NCBI GenBank assembly: GCA_965220255.1
Contig: OZ244816.1
Location: forward strand, 369,124 to 433,123
Reading direction: 5' to 3'
From: Dehalococcoidia bacterium
GTDB lineage: Bacteria; Chloroflexota; Dehalococcoidia; Lucifugimonadales; VXLM01
Length of the DNA stretch: 64,000 nt
Shown: positions 17,926 to 25,979 of the stretch, piece after piece
How positions within the stretch are numbered: position 1 is the stretch's first letter
How the letters are laid out: each line of letters opens with the position of its first letter
The notes under the pieces: generated by a model
Told to the model about the DNA's origin: nothing
What the model saw: the letters and a program-made list of their open reading frames with translations, nothing else
The model's database searches: none
Position numbers and translations under genes: made by a program

Positions 17926-20019
17926 CTACTCCAGCTTGAGGGCACGGATGCGGTGTCCGTATTGCTCGGAGATGAGGAGGATGTCCTCGCCGTAGAAGGT
18001 GAGGCCGAACGGGGTGTTAAGTCCCGTCTCAGCGTAGGGGCCCTCTGAACCGGCTACCGTTTCGATGGTGCCGCCGGAAGTCACGCGCCGGACGAGGTGG
18101 TTGGCCGAGTCGGTGAAGTAGACGGTACCGTCGGAAGAGACCGCGACACCCTGCGGGCCATCGAGACTGGCCTCGGCGGCCAGTGTGCCGTCAGGCGAGA
18201 AGCCCTGCTCGCCGGAACCGACAATCGTGGTGATTATGCCGTCGATGTCCACCCGGCGGATGACGTGGCAGTTGTGGTCGACAAAGTACATGTTGCCAGC
18301 CGTGTCGAAGGTGACCGAGGATACGCCGCTGATCTGGGCCTCCTTGGCTGGCCCGCCGTCGCAGGAGTATCCGGGGATCCCCGTGCCCACGACGGTGGCG
18401 ATGATGCCGGTCTGTGCGTCGACCCTGCGAATGCGGCCCACGCCTGTGTCGGCGATGTAGAGGTTGTCGTCGGCATCGTGGGCGACGGACGAGACATTGA
18501 CAAGGTTAGCGTTGAGGGCCGGCCCGCCGTCACCCTTGTCCCACTGGAACGCCGCGCCGGCAACGTTGTGGATTATGCCGTCCGAGTCTACCCTGCGCAC
18601 GTGTCCGTGCCTGGTGTCGGCGATGACGACGGTGCCTTGAGAGTCGACCGAAACGTCGTTCGGGTTGCCGAGGTAGGCCTCGGTAGCGGGGCCGCCGTCC
18701 CCGCCGTAGGCGCGCGCTCCGTTTCCGGCGAAGGTGCGGATGATTCCCGTCGATGGATCGATGGCGCGTATCCGCTGGCTCCAGATGTCGGCGATGTAGA
18801 TTTGACCGTCGGGGCCGATGCTCATGCCGTCGGGGCCGCCAAGGTAGGCGTTTGTGGCCACTTCCCCGTCGTGGTTGGTGATGCCGCCGAGGAGGGTCGT
18901 GACGATGCCCGTCTCGCCGTCGATGCGGCGCGTGCGACCGCCGCAGTCTGAGTAGAAGACGGTGCCGTCGGGGTCGGCCCAGACGCCGACCTCGACGGAG
19001 TTGACCTCGGTCTCGGTGGCCTTGACGCCCTCCTCGCCCATGCCGGGGACGCCGGTTCCGGCGATGGTGGTGACGATGCCGGTCTCAGCATCAACCCTGC
19101 GGACGCGGAAGCCGTACTTCTCACCAACGTACAGGTTGCCGTGAACGTCTACGTTGATGGCGTCGGGCATGAGGGTGGATGCCTCGGTTGCAGGGCCACC
19201 ATCGCCGTTCGAGGCGCGCTGGCCGTTTCCGAGGACGGTGGTGACGATGCCGGTCTTCCCGTCGATCTTGCGGACGCGGTCGTTGGAGTTGTCGCATACG
19301 TAGAGGTCGCCCTCGGGGCCGAAGGCGAGATGTTCGGGGTGGTAGAATCCTGCGGCCTCCTTCGGTCCGCCGTCCCCGCTGTATCCGCCGAGGCTGAGGC
19401 CGGGACCGATATAAGGCCTGCTGTCGCCCATCTCGGAGGGGTGGTGCCGGGCCTCCTGTCCGGCGAAGAGCTCGATGATGCCGGTCTCGGCGTCGACACG
19501 GCTGATGTTATTCGTCCACTCGCTGGAGACGTAGATATCGCCGTTGTCGGCGACAGCGACGCCGCAGTGGGTATCCGTCTCGGCTTCGGTGGCGGGGCCG
19601 CCGTGGCCTCCGCGTCCCCTCTTGCCCGACCCGACGACGGTCTCGACGATGCCGGTCTCGGCGTCGATGCGGCGGTAGACGTAGTTGTTGATGTCGTTGA
19701 TGACGATGTTGCCGTGCACGTCCTGGGCGATGTCGTGCGGGGCGTAGAACTCCGCTTCGAGAGCGGGACCTCCGTCGCCGGAGTAGCCCGGGACGCCGGT
19801 ACCGGCAAAGCGATGAAGGATGCCGTCGTGGTCGATGCGCCAGACGACGTGCATGTGGTAGTCGTTGATGATGAGCTCGCCGGTCTTGTTCCAGCGCAGA
19901 ATGCCCATGGGCCAGCCGGCGTCGGCCTCATTGGCGGGGATTCCCTCCCGGATTCCCACGCCGGCGATGGTGACCAAGTCGCCGGGCTGCATGTCGTTGA
20001 AGAGTTTGGGGAGATTCAT
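17926..20019 (-). CDS. NHL-repeat beta-propeller protein, about 12 blades (paralogue B), no signal peptide seen
   Basis: 697 aa, collinear with paralogue A from N-terminus (..QPGDLVTIAG..) to C-terminus (..EQYGHRIRALKLE). Only 6 nt separate the two genes. Confidence 0.75.
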   Translation of the reverse strand: MNLPKLFNDMQPGDLVTIAGVGIREGIPANEADAGWPMGILRWNKTGELIINDYHMHVVWRIDHDGILHRFAGTGVPGYSGDGGPALEAEFYAPHDIAQDVHGNIVINDINNYVYRRIDAETGIVETVVGSGKRGRGGHGGPATEAETDTHCGVAVADNGDIYVSSEWTNNISRVDAETGIIELFAGQEARHHPSEMGDSRPYIGPGLSLGGYSGDGGPKEAAGFYHPEHLAFGPEGDLYVCDNSNDRVRKIDGKTGIVTTVLGNGQRASNGDGGPATEASTLMPDAINVDVHGNLYVGEKYGFRVRRVDAETGIVTTIAGTGVPGMGEEGVKATETEVNSVEVGVWADPDGTVFYSDCGGRTRRIDGETGIVTTLLGGITNHDGEVATNAYLGGPDGMSIGPDGQIYIADIWSQRIRAIDPSTGIIRTFAGNGARAYGGDGGPATEAYLGNPNDVSVDSQGTVVIADTRHGHVRRVDSDGIIHNVAGAAFQWDKGDGGPALNANLVNVSSVAHDADDNLYIADTGVGRIRRVDAQTGIIATVVGTGIPGYSCDGGPAKEAQISGVSSVTFDTAGNMYFVDHNCHVIRRVDIDGIITTIVGSGEQGFSPDGTLAAEASLDGPQGVAVSSDGTVYFTDSANHLVRRVTSGGTIETVAGSEGPYAETGLNTPFGLTFYGEDILLISEQYGHRIRALKLE

Positions 20020-20126
20020 GCTTGCCTCCTATAACCCCCTTCCTCGGTCTTTCCCTTGAGGGGGAAGGATGGGGGCATTCCTCGTCTTACTGCCAACAAG
20101 GAAGGTTGGGGAATTCGTGGATAGGG

Positions 20127-21104
20127 TTACATTGTCAATACCGCTTTGACGATCTCGTCGGAGCGGTTCTCGTACATGTCGTAGGCGGACTGCACGTCGT
20201 CGAACGAGAGGTGGTGGGTTATCAGGTCTGCGGGGTCCCACCATCCGCGTTGTCGCAGGCCGACCATGGTCTCGATGTGCCTGGTGACGCTGCCGCTGGC
20301 CGACCCCGCGGTGGACAGGAGCTTGACGTTGCGATAGAGGAGGTTGCGGGCTTCAATTGGAATGGTCGGGTTGGGGTCTCCCGTGTTCTGGTGTCCGCCG
20401 AACATGATGATGGTGCCCTCGGAGCGAACGAGCCGACAGGCGGCGGCCAGGGTGTCGGTGTACCCGGCGGCCTCGACGGAAATGTCGGCGAGGTTGCCGC
20501 CCGTGATCTCCTCTACTGCCTCGTCCAGCAACTCTTTTGACGCGTTGATCGTGTGGGTTGCACCAAGCTTCCGGGAGTGTTCGAGGCGGTAGTCGAAGAG
20601 ATCGGCGGCGATGATGCGGCGCGCTCCGGCCCTGGCGGCCATCGCTGTGAATGAGAGGCCGATGGCGCCCTGCCCCATAATCAAGATGGTGCGGCCGAGG
20701 AGGGTCTCAGCACGTTGGAGGGCGAACAAGACAGTGCCGGAAGGCTGGCACATGAGCCACTCGCCGAGATCGCCTTCGTCCGGCAGGGCGATGATGCGTT
20801 CGGGGCGTGACTCGTAGTATTCGACGAGGCCCTGGTGGGTATCGGGGATGATGATGACCCGCTGGCCCTCGCGCCATTGGTCGGAGCGGCTCTCGACGAT
20901 GGTGCCCGCGAGCTCGTGGCAGGGCGTACCGACATCGACGGGGTAGTGCTCCTCCGGAAAGACGGTGCCGTATTCGTAGCGAATGTCGCTGCCGCATACG
21001 GACCATCGTTCCAGATTGACGAGGCAGTTGCCGTCTCGTACCTCTGGGACATCCGCGTCAACGATTTCAAAATGCTTCGGTCCGACCAGGTGCGCGGCCT
21101 TCAT
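20127..21104 (-). CDS. Zinc-dependent MDR-family dehydrogenase (sorbitol/threonine dehydrogenase-like)
   Basis: 325 aa. CGSDIRYEYG, PCHELAGTIVE, nucleotide-binding IMGQGAIGLS. Confidence 0.75.
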   Translation of the reverse strand: MKAAHLVGPKHFEIVDADVPEVRDGNCLVNLERWSVCGSDIRYEYGTVFPEEHYPVDVGTPCHELAGTIVESRSDQWREGQRVIIIPDTHQGLVEYYESRPERIIALPDEGDLGEWLMCQPSGTVLFALQRAETLLGRTILIMGQGAIGLSFTAMAARAGARRIIAADLFDYRLEHSRKLGATHTINASKELLDEAVEEITGGNLADISVEAAGYTDTLAAACRLVRSEGTIIMFGGHQNTGDPNPTIPIEARNLLYRNVKLLSTAGSASGSVTRHIETMVGLRQRGWWDPADLITHHLSFDDVQSAYDMYENRSDEIVKAVLTM

Positions 21105-21255
21105 TCAAGCGTCTCCGTTCCGGCTGAAAAAGTACGCGAGAGTTATACCTGACTGGACTGGTTTCGTAAAGCGGGAGGAGGGAGGAGGAAGGATCTGGGT
21201 GCTAGGTTCTGGGTGCTGGTCTCCTCTCTGTGCCTCTCCCGCGGTGGGCTGACAG

Positions 21256-21345
21256 GGGTAGGCATTTGACCATCAATCCGCTCCCAAGAATGAGAAAACA
21301 CCCCCCACTGTCATTCTGAGCGCAGCGCAGCGGAGTCGAAGAATC
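21256..21345 (+). repeat. Composite intergenic repeat unit of about 90 nt: gggtaggcatttg, spacer, then a family-B module gtcattctgagcgcagcgcagcggagtcgaagaatc
   Basis: The same two-part organisation recurs inverted at 53366-53447. The module termini gtcattcYga...gaatc are shared by 4 copies in the window. Confidence 0.8.
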
Positions 21346-21448
21346 TAAGGTGTCCGTTCGAAGGTAAAGTCGGCTGAGAGAACTATTACGTTGCTTGCTG
21401 CGTAACAAACGTAGTACTGACTATCCGGTCTTGCGAATAGGGACTTTA

Positions 21449-21473
21449 GATTCCTCCCTGCGCTCGGAATGAC
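21449..21473 (-). repeat. Family-B palindromic repeat module (reverse complement: gtcattccgagcgcagggaggaatc)
   Basis: Inverted partner of the 21310-21345 copy, 103 nt away. Confidence 0.8.
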
Positions 21474-21647
21474 AAGTAGATGAGGGCTGGATCACAGCTG
21501 CAATTCGGGTGTGCCTACCCCTGTAAGCCCGACGGGAGAGATCGAGGCTTTCTCTCAAGGCTGGGCATGGAGGGGTCTGCTGAATTGACAGTCGGAATTA
21601 GCGGCTGGTAGGCTGACCGGCACCGCAACGACCGGGAGGCGGCCGCC

Positions 21648-22835
21648 ATGAGGATCACGGACGTTAGGGTCGTCTCGAAGGGTCTGGGCAGCAGTGCGCC
21701 GGTACTCGTCCAAGTCGATACGGACGAGGGCATCGTCGGTGTAGGCGCTACATCAGCTACCGCTTCGGTCATAGCCGCGCTCATCGAGGATGAGTCCGAT
21801 GGGCTTCGCAGTCTCCTCATTGGTACCGATCCCACAGACCCGAATATGGCGTGGCGTCTCATGTTTGCGAGCGGCAAGCGAGGGCGCAGCGGCGAGGGTG
21901 GCGTGGCGGTCAACGCGATGGGTGCCATCGACATGGCCCTGTGGGACATTGCCGGCAAGGCGGCGGGACTGCCCATCCACAAGCTGCGCGGCGGGGCCGT
22001 CCAGGACAGGATCATGGTCTATGCGAGCGCGACGGCTTTCGATAGGGGGGCCATCGAGCGAACGGGCGAGTGGAGACATAAGCCGACTGAGGTGCTGGTT
22101 GAGGAGGCACTGGAGAACAAGTCGCTGGGGTTCAAGGCGATGAAGTTCGGCTGGGGCAACTGCTTCAGCGAGAGGGACTATGAGGACATCGGAGCCGTCC
22201 GGGATGCCATCGGCCCGGACATGAAGCTGATGCTCGATTTGGGCCCTTCCGCCTATCTCGACGGGACGTGGACGGTGAAGGATGCGGTACAGGTGGCGGA
22301 GAGACTGGCGGAGTATGACATCTACTTTCTCGAAGAGGCGCTTCATCCATACGACGTGGACGGATTCGAGGAGCTCACGCGGCAGTCGCCGATACGCATC
22401 GCGACGGGTGAAAGCCTGACGACGGTACGGGACTTCCAGGCCTTCATCGAGCGTCGCGCTCTGGACATCGTTCAGCCTGACGCTCAGCAGATGGGGTTGA
22501 GCCAGTTCGCCCGCGTAGCAGAGCGGGCGGAAGAGGCGGGGATCTTGTGCATACCTCACGGGCCGTGGTCGGCGTTCCTGATCGCGGCGCATCTGCAGGT
22601 CCTCTGCACGCTTACCAACTGTCCCATGATCGAATACCCGGCCCCGGCTGTGGTCCGTGGCTCGGACTTGGAGGTGCTCGTGGAGGCCATGCACGAGAAG
22701 ATCGTCGAGAGTCCCATGGTTGTAAAGGACGGATACTTGGAGTTGCCGGAGGGGTCTGGACTCGGTCTTGGCAATTTCGTGCCTGAGGCGATTGCCGATT
22801 TGGAAGCACGATACGGTGGAGACAACGGCAGATGA
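21648..22835 (+). CDS. Enolase-superfamily enzyme (mandelate racemase / muconate-lactonizing family; probable acid-sugar dehydratase)
   Basis: 395 aa. MRITDVR N-terminal capping domain. Metal-ligand contexts LMLDLG, FLEEAL, ATGES. QPDAQQMG and IPHG. Confidence 0.8.
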   Translation: MRITDVRVVSKGLGSSAPVLVQVDTDEGIVGVGATSATASVIAALIEDESDGLRSLLIGTDPTDPNMAWRLMFASGKRGRSGEGGVAVNAMGAIDMALWDIAGKAAGLPIHKLRGGAVQDRIMVYASATAFDRGAIERTGEWRHKPTEVLVEEALENKSLGFKAMKFGWGNCFSERDYEDIGAVRDAIGPDMKLMLDLGPSAYLDGTWTVKDAVQVAERLAEYDIYFLEEALHPYDVDGFEELTRQSPIRIATGESLTTVRDFQAFIERRALDIVQPDAQQMGLSQFARVAERAEEAGILCIPHGPWSAFLIAAHLQVLCTLTNCPMIEYPAPAVVRGSDLEVLVEAMHEKIVESPMVVKDGYLELPEGSGLGLGNFVPEAIADLEARYGGDNGR

Positions 22836-23815
22836 CCGAGAGCATCCGCAAGGTCGTGGTGACGTGGACAGGGTACAGGGACCGAATACTGGAGCGGGCC
22901 GAGCGCGAGGGGTACAGTGATCTCAAATTTCTCATCGCGGACGATAAGGATGCGATCCTGTCCGGCCTGGAGGACGCCGACGCGGCGTTCATCGCGCCGT
23001 GGGACCCGGATATGCTCAGGGCCGGACGCAGGCTGCGTTGGATTCACGCGATCGGCGGAGGGGTGAGGCCATACCTGTTCCCAGAGATGGTCGAGAGCGA
23101 TATCCCGTTCACGTGCGGCAAACCGGCGTTTGCAGTACCCGGAGCGGAGTTTGCGCTTGGGGCGATGCTGATGTTCTCCCGTCGCAACCACGTGACGGTG
23201 GGCACGCCGAAACTGACGCAGCGCAGTCCCTCTTGGGAGGCTGCGCTGAGACCGGTCGATCTCCAGGGGAAGACGCTGGGGGTGATGGGCATGGGTGGCA
23301 TTGGTCAAGCACTAGCACCAAGGGCGAAGGCCTTGGGAATACGGGTGCTGGGGACATCCCGCCGGTCGCGTAAGGCACCGGAAGGGGTCGCGCGCATGTA
23401 TGGCATGGACGAGGCGGACGAGATGGTGGCCGAGTCGGACTTCGTGGCCGTCGCGGTGCCGGAGACGCCGGAGACGGAGGGCATCGTATCGGAAGGACTG
23501 GTAGCCAGGATGAAGCGCGGGGCCGTCATACTTGACTGCTCAGGAAGACCAGGGTTGTACGACTACGGAGCGTTGGAGGGGGCACTGGAGACGGGAAAAT
23601 TGGGAGGGGTCTGCCTTCAGCCCTCAGGAGACTCCCCGGGAATGCCGCCGGACGACGCAGAGTTTTGGACACGAGACAACGTGGTGGTTTCAACCTGCCG
23701 GGGCACGTCTTCGGAGCAAGAGGATTCTTGTATAGGCTTGTTCTTCGAAAATCTGTGGAGGTTCGAGACGGGTCAGCCCTTGTTGGGAGTGGTGGACAAA
23801 AGGGCGGGGTATTAG
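22832..23815 (+). CDS. D-isomer-specific 2-hydroxyacid dehydrogenase family protein
   Basis: NAD-binding GKTLGVMGMGGIGQALAPRAKALGIRVLG. The ATG overlaps the upstream stop (ATGA). Confidence 0.8.
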   Translation: MTESIRKVVVTWTGYRDRILERAEREGYSDLKFLIADDKDAILSGLEDADAAFIAPWDPDMLRAGRRLRWIHAIGGGVRPYLFPEMVESDIPFTCGKPAFAVPGAEFALGAMLMFSRRNHVTVGTPKLTQRSPSWEAALRPVDLQGKTLGVMGMGGIGQALAPRAKALGIRVLGTSRRSRKAPEGVARMYGMDEADEMVAESDFVAVAVPETPETEGIVSEGLVARMKRGAVILDCSGRPGLYDYGALEGALETGKLGGVCLQPSGDSPGMPPDDAEFWTRDNVVVSTCRGTSSEQEDSCIGLFFENLWRFETGQPLLGVVDKRAGY

Positions 23816-23820
23816 GTTCT

Positions 23821-23959
23821 GTTGACATTCTTAAGATTCTCTTTGTTATCCCAACTCAAATCGTCATTCCCGCGAAAGCGGGAATCTATTCCCTGTAGGG
23901 AGTATATGTGTGCCCGACTCTGGATTCCCGCTTTCGCGGGAATGACGGAAAATGTCAAC
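23821..23959. repeat. 139-bp composite palindromic (MITE-like) element
   Basis: Perfect 9-bp terminal inverted repeats gttgacatt (23821-23829) and aatgtcaac (23951-23959). They enclose two identical, inverted family-A hairpins gtcattcccgcgaaagcgggaatc (23863-23886 and 23923-23946). Confidence 0.85.
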
Positions 23960-24008
23960 ACAACCTAGGCAATAACAAGCTCAGGATAATCAGCATTGGT
24001 CTTGAGTT

Positions 24009-24034
24009 GCCCTTCGACAGGCTCAGGGCGAACG
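24009..24034 (+). repeat. Family-D repeat (core cttcgacaggctcag..cgaacg)
   Basis: gcccttcgacaggctcagggcgaacg shares a 15-nt identical core plus cgaacg with 51964-51990. Confidence 0.7.
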
Positions 24035-24144
24035 TGTTTTTCGATTCCGTCTCTTTGTAAACAATTCGTCGATGCGCGTATTGAGATAGTTTCTGAGGGT
24101 ATACTAGGGGCAACAACACAGAGGCTATTCTGCAGGAGGCAGCG

Positions 24145-24510
24145 ATGAAGGTTATCAAAGTCGTTGATCGGGGCGAGGTGGACAATACTCACCGGGATAT
24201 CTTCGAAGGCGGGCAGGTAGTGATGAACCCGCTGGTGGACGGCGATGATTCGGAGAGCTACCGGTTCAACGTGGTGAACTTCAAGGGAGGCGCGCGAACG
24301 AAGTTCCACACTCACTCGTGCGACCAGATCCTGTACGCGACGACCGGCAAGGGCTTCGTGGGGACGCGCGATGAGGAGATCGACATCACGGAGGGTGACA
24401 CGGCGCTGATTCCGGCGGGAGAGGTGCATCGTCACGGTGCGAACGACGGCGAGGACTTTTCGCATATCTCCCTGCAGACGGCGCAGTGTACGACCGAGGT
24501 CCTTGAGTAG
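24145..24510 (+). CDS. Cupin-domain protein
   Basis: 121 aa. G.RTKFHTHSCDQILY ... IPAGEVHRHGA has the two-motif cupin signature. Confidence 0.7.
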   Translation: MKVIKVVDRGEVDNTHRDIFEGGQVVMNPLVDGDDSESYRFNVVNFKGGARTKFHTHSCDQILYATTGKGFVGTRDEEIDITEGDTALIPAGEVHRHGANDGEDFSHISLQTAQCTTEVLE

Positions 24511-24520
24511 AAAATTGGCA

Positions 24521-25243
24521 GTGTTGCATAAAGACTTGCCGGATACGTTGCTGGAGCGGTACCGGGGTGTGAGTGTACCCACGGTGTGGAGCGCGCTCGA
24601 CGAGCTGCACGGCTATCACCAGTCGTTTATGCAGGGCGTAATCGCTCAGACTCCGGGGGAGATGTTGGTAGCACGGGCGAGGACGCTAAGGTTCATTCCG
24701 CCTCGTCCGGATATCTTTGACGAGACGCCTGTGGGCGAGGACGCCCCGGAGGCCAGGGCCATGGCTCGGTGCGGTCCCGGGGACGCGCTGGTCTGCGATG
24801 TGGCAGGCTCGCGTTACTCGTCGAGCGGCGGCGAGATGAAGCTGCTTCAGCTAAGCATGAACCGCGCGGAGGGAATCGTCACGGACGGGGCGATCCGCGA
24901 CCTGACGGGCGTTAGGAAGCTGGGGTTCAAGATATTCGCCGCCGGGGGGACGGTGGCGGCGGGCAAGGCGCCGTTCATGTTCTCGTATGAGGAGAACGTG
25001 GTGATCCAGTGCGGGGGAATCACCGTGCGTCCGGGCGACCTGATCGTAGGAAGCGACGACGGGGTGGTGTGCGTTCCGAGTCAGTGGGCCGAGGAGGTCA
25101 TCGACTGGGTGGAGGAGCACGACTACCTCGAGGATGTTATTCGCGAGATGGTGTTGAGGGACAACGTTCGTCCGACGACGTACTACAACGCAGCAATGTT
25201 CGAGAAGCTGCGGGCGGAGCGGGAGGAAGAACGTGGAAAGTAG
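24521..25243 (+). CDS. RraA-family protein (RNase E regulator-like / 4-hydroxy-4-methyl-2-oxoglutarate aldolase-like); start uncertain (TTG 24515, GTG 24521 or TTG 24524)
   Basis: GGEMKLLQLSMNRAEGIVTDGAIRD...FAAG motif. The listed ORF start 24437 overlaps the cupin gene and is unlikely. Confidence 0.7.
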   Translation: MLHKDLPDTLLERYRGVSVPTVWSALDELHGYHQSFMQGVIAQTPGEMLVARARTLRFIPPRPDIFDETPVGEDAPEARAMARCGPGDALVCDVAGSRYSSSGGEMKLLQLSMNRAEGIVTDGAIRDLTGVRKLGFKIFAAGGTVAAGKAPFMFSYEENVVIQCGGITVRPGDLIVGSDDGVVCVPSQWAEEVIDWVEEHDYLEDVIREMVLRDNVRPTTYYNAAMFEKLRAEREEERGK

Positions 25244-25380
25244 TGCGTATAGGGAATGATAATAGTTGGCGCCCCACTCCCAGACTTGGGAGAGGGGAAT
25301 TTGGTTGAAAGGCTCATCGACCCTATTTTCAAAGGAATCTTTCATGCCGGTTCCCACCGACACTACGAAACATGAAAATC

Positions 25381-25407
25381 GTAGGGGCGATTCGCGAATC
25401 GCCCTAC
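25381..25407. repeat. Family-C GC-rich palindrome gtaggggcgattcgcgaatcgccctac; likely doubles as the rplL terminator on the minus strand
   Basis: Near-perfect 13-bp stem with one bulged g. On the minus strand it is followed by GATTTTC. It lies 100 nt downstream of the rplL stop. Confidence 0.6.
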
Positions 25408-25507
25408 TCGCGAACCGGTTGAGTACGCGAGACTTGTGGTTCGACCCGCCGTGTTAGGCAGGCCGAACCAAGTGTTTCAGGCGTGTTGAGTCGTTGATGA
25501 CCGAAGA

Positions 25508-25903
25508 CTAGGTGATGTCGACGGTGGCGCCGGCCTCTTCGAGGGCGGACTTGGCCTCGTCGGCCTCTTCCTTGCTCACACCCTCCTTGATGTTGGAGGG
25601 AGCGCCCTCGACGACTTCCTTGGCCTCCTTGAGGCCGAGGGAGGTGACGCTGCGGACGGCCTTGATGACGTTGATCTTCTGGCTGCCGAAGTCCTTGAGG
25701 ACGACGGTGAACTCCGTCTTCTCCTCTTCCTCGGCGGCAGGAGCGGCGCCATTGCCGCCGTCACCGGCGACCGGCATGGCGGCCATGGCCATGGGGGCCG
25801 CGGCGCTCACGCCGAACGTGTCTTCGAGCTCCTTGACCAGCTCGGCGAGCTCAACGACGTTCATTCCCTTGATTGCTTCCAGTACTTCTTCTTTCGTTGC
25901 CAT
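25508..25903 (-). CDS. rplL: 50S ribosomal protein L7/L12
   Basis: 131 aa. [22 protein letters not shown]...[26 protein letters not shown]. Confidence 0.95.
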   Translation of the reverse strand: MATKEEVLEAIKGMNVVELAELVKELEDTFGVSAAAPMAMAAMPVAGDGGNGAAPAAEEEEKTEFTVVLKDFGSQKINVIKAVRSVTSLGLKEAKEVVEGAPSNIKEGVSKEEADEAKSALEEAGATVDIT

Positions 25904-25979
25904 CGGTTCTCTCCTTTTTGTTTGCCTTAGTTGTGTTGTGACCTATTGTCCGATTGGGTCTGCGGATCGGGCGCGTTGG

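Noticed and set aside
16150-20034. Four plus-strand ORFs of about 285-315 aa (16150-17043, 17101-18048, 18097-18951, 19141-20034)
   Set aside because: All are antisense to the two NHL-repeat genes. Their G/D/V/A-rich repetitiveness just mirrors the sense-strand repeats.
24437-24514. Upstream part of the listed ORF 24437-25243, overlapping the cupin gene by 74 nt
   Set aside because: The translation (MRTTARTFRISPCRRRSVRPRSLSRK) is arginine-rich and overlaps the cupin C-terminus. Alternative TTG/GTG starts lie just after the cupin stop.
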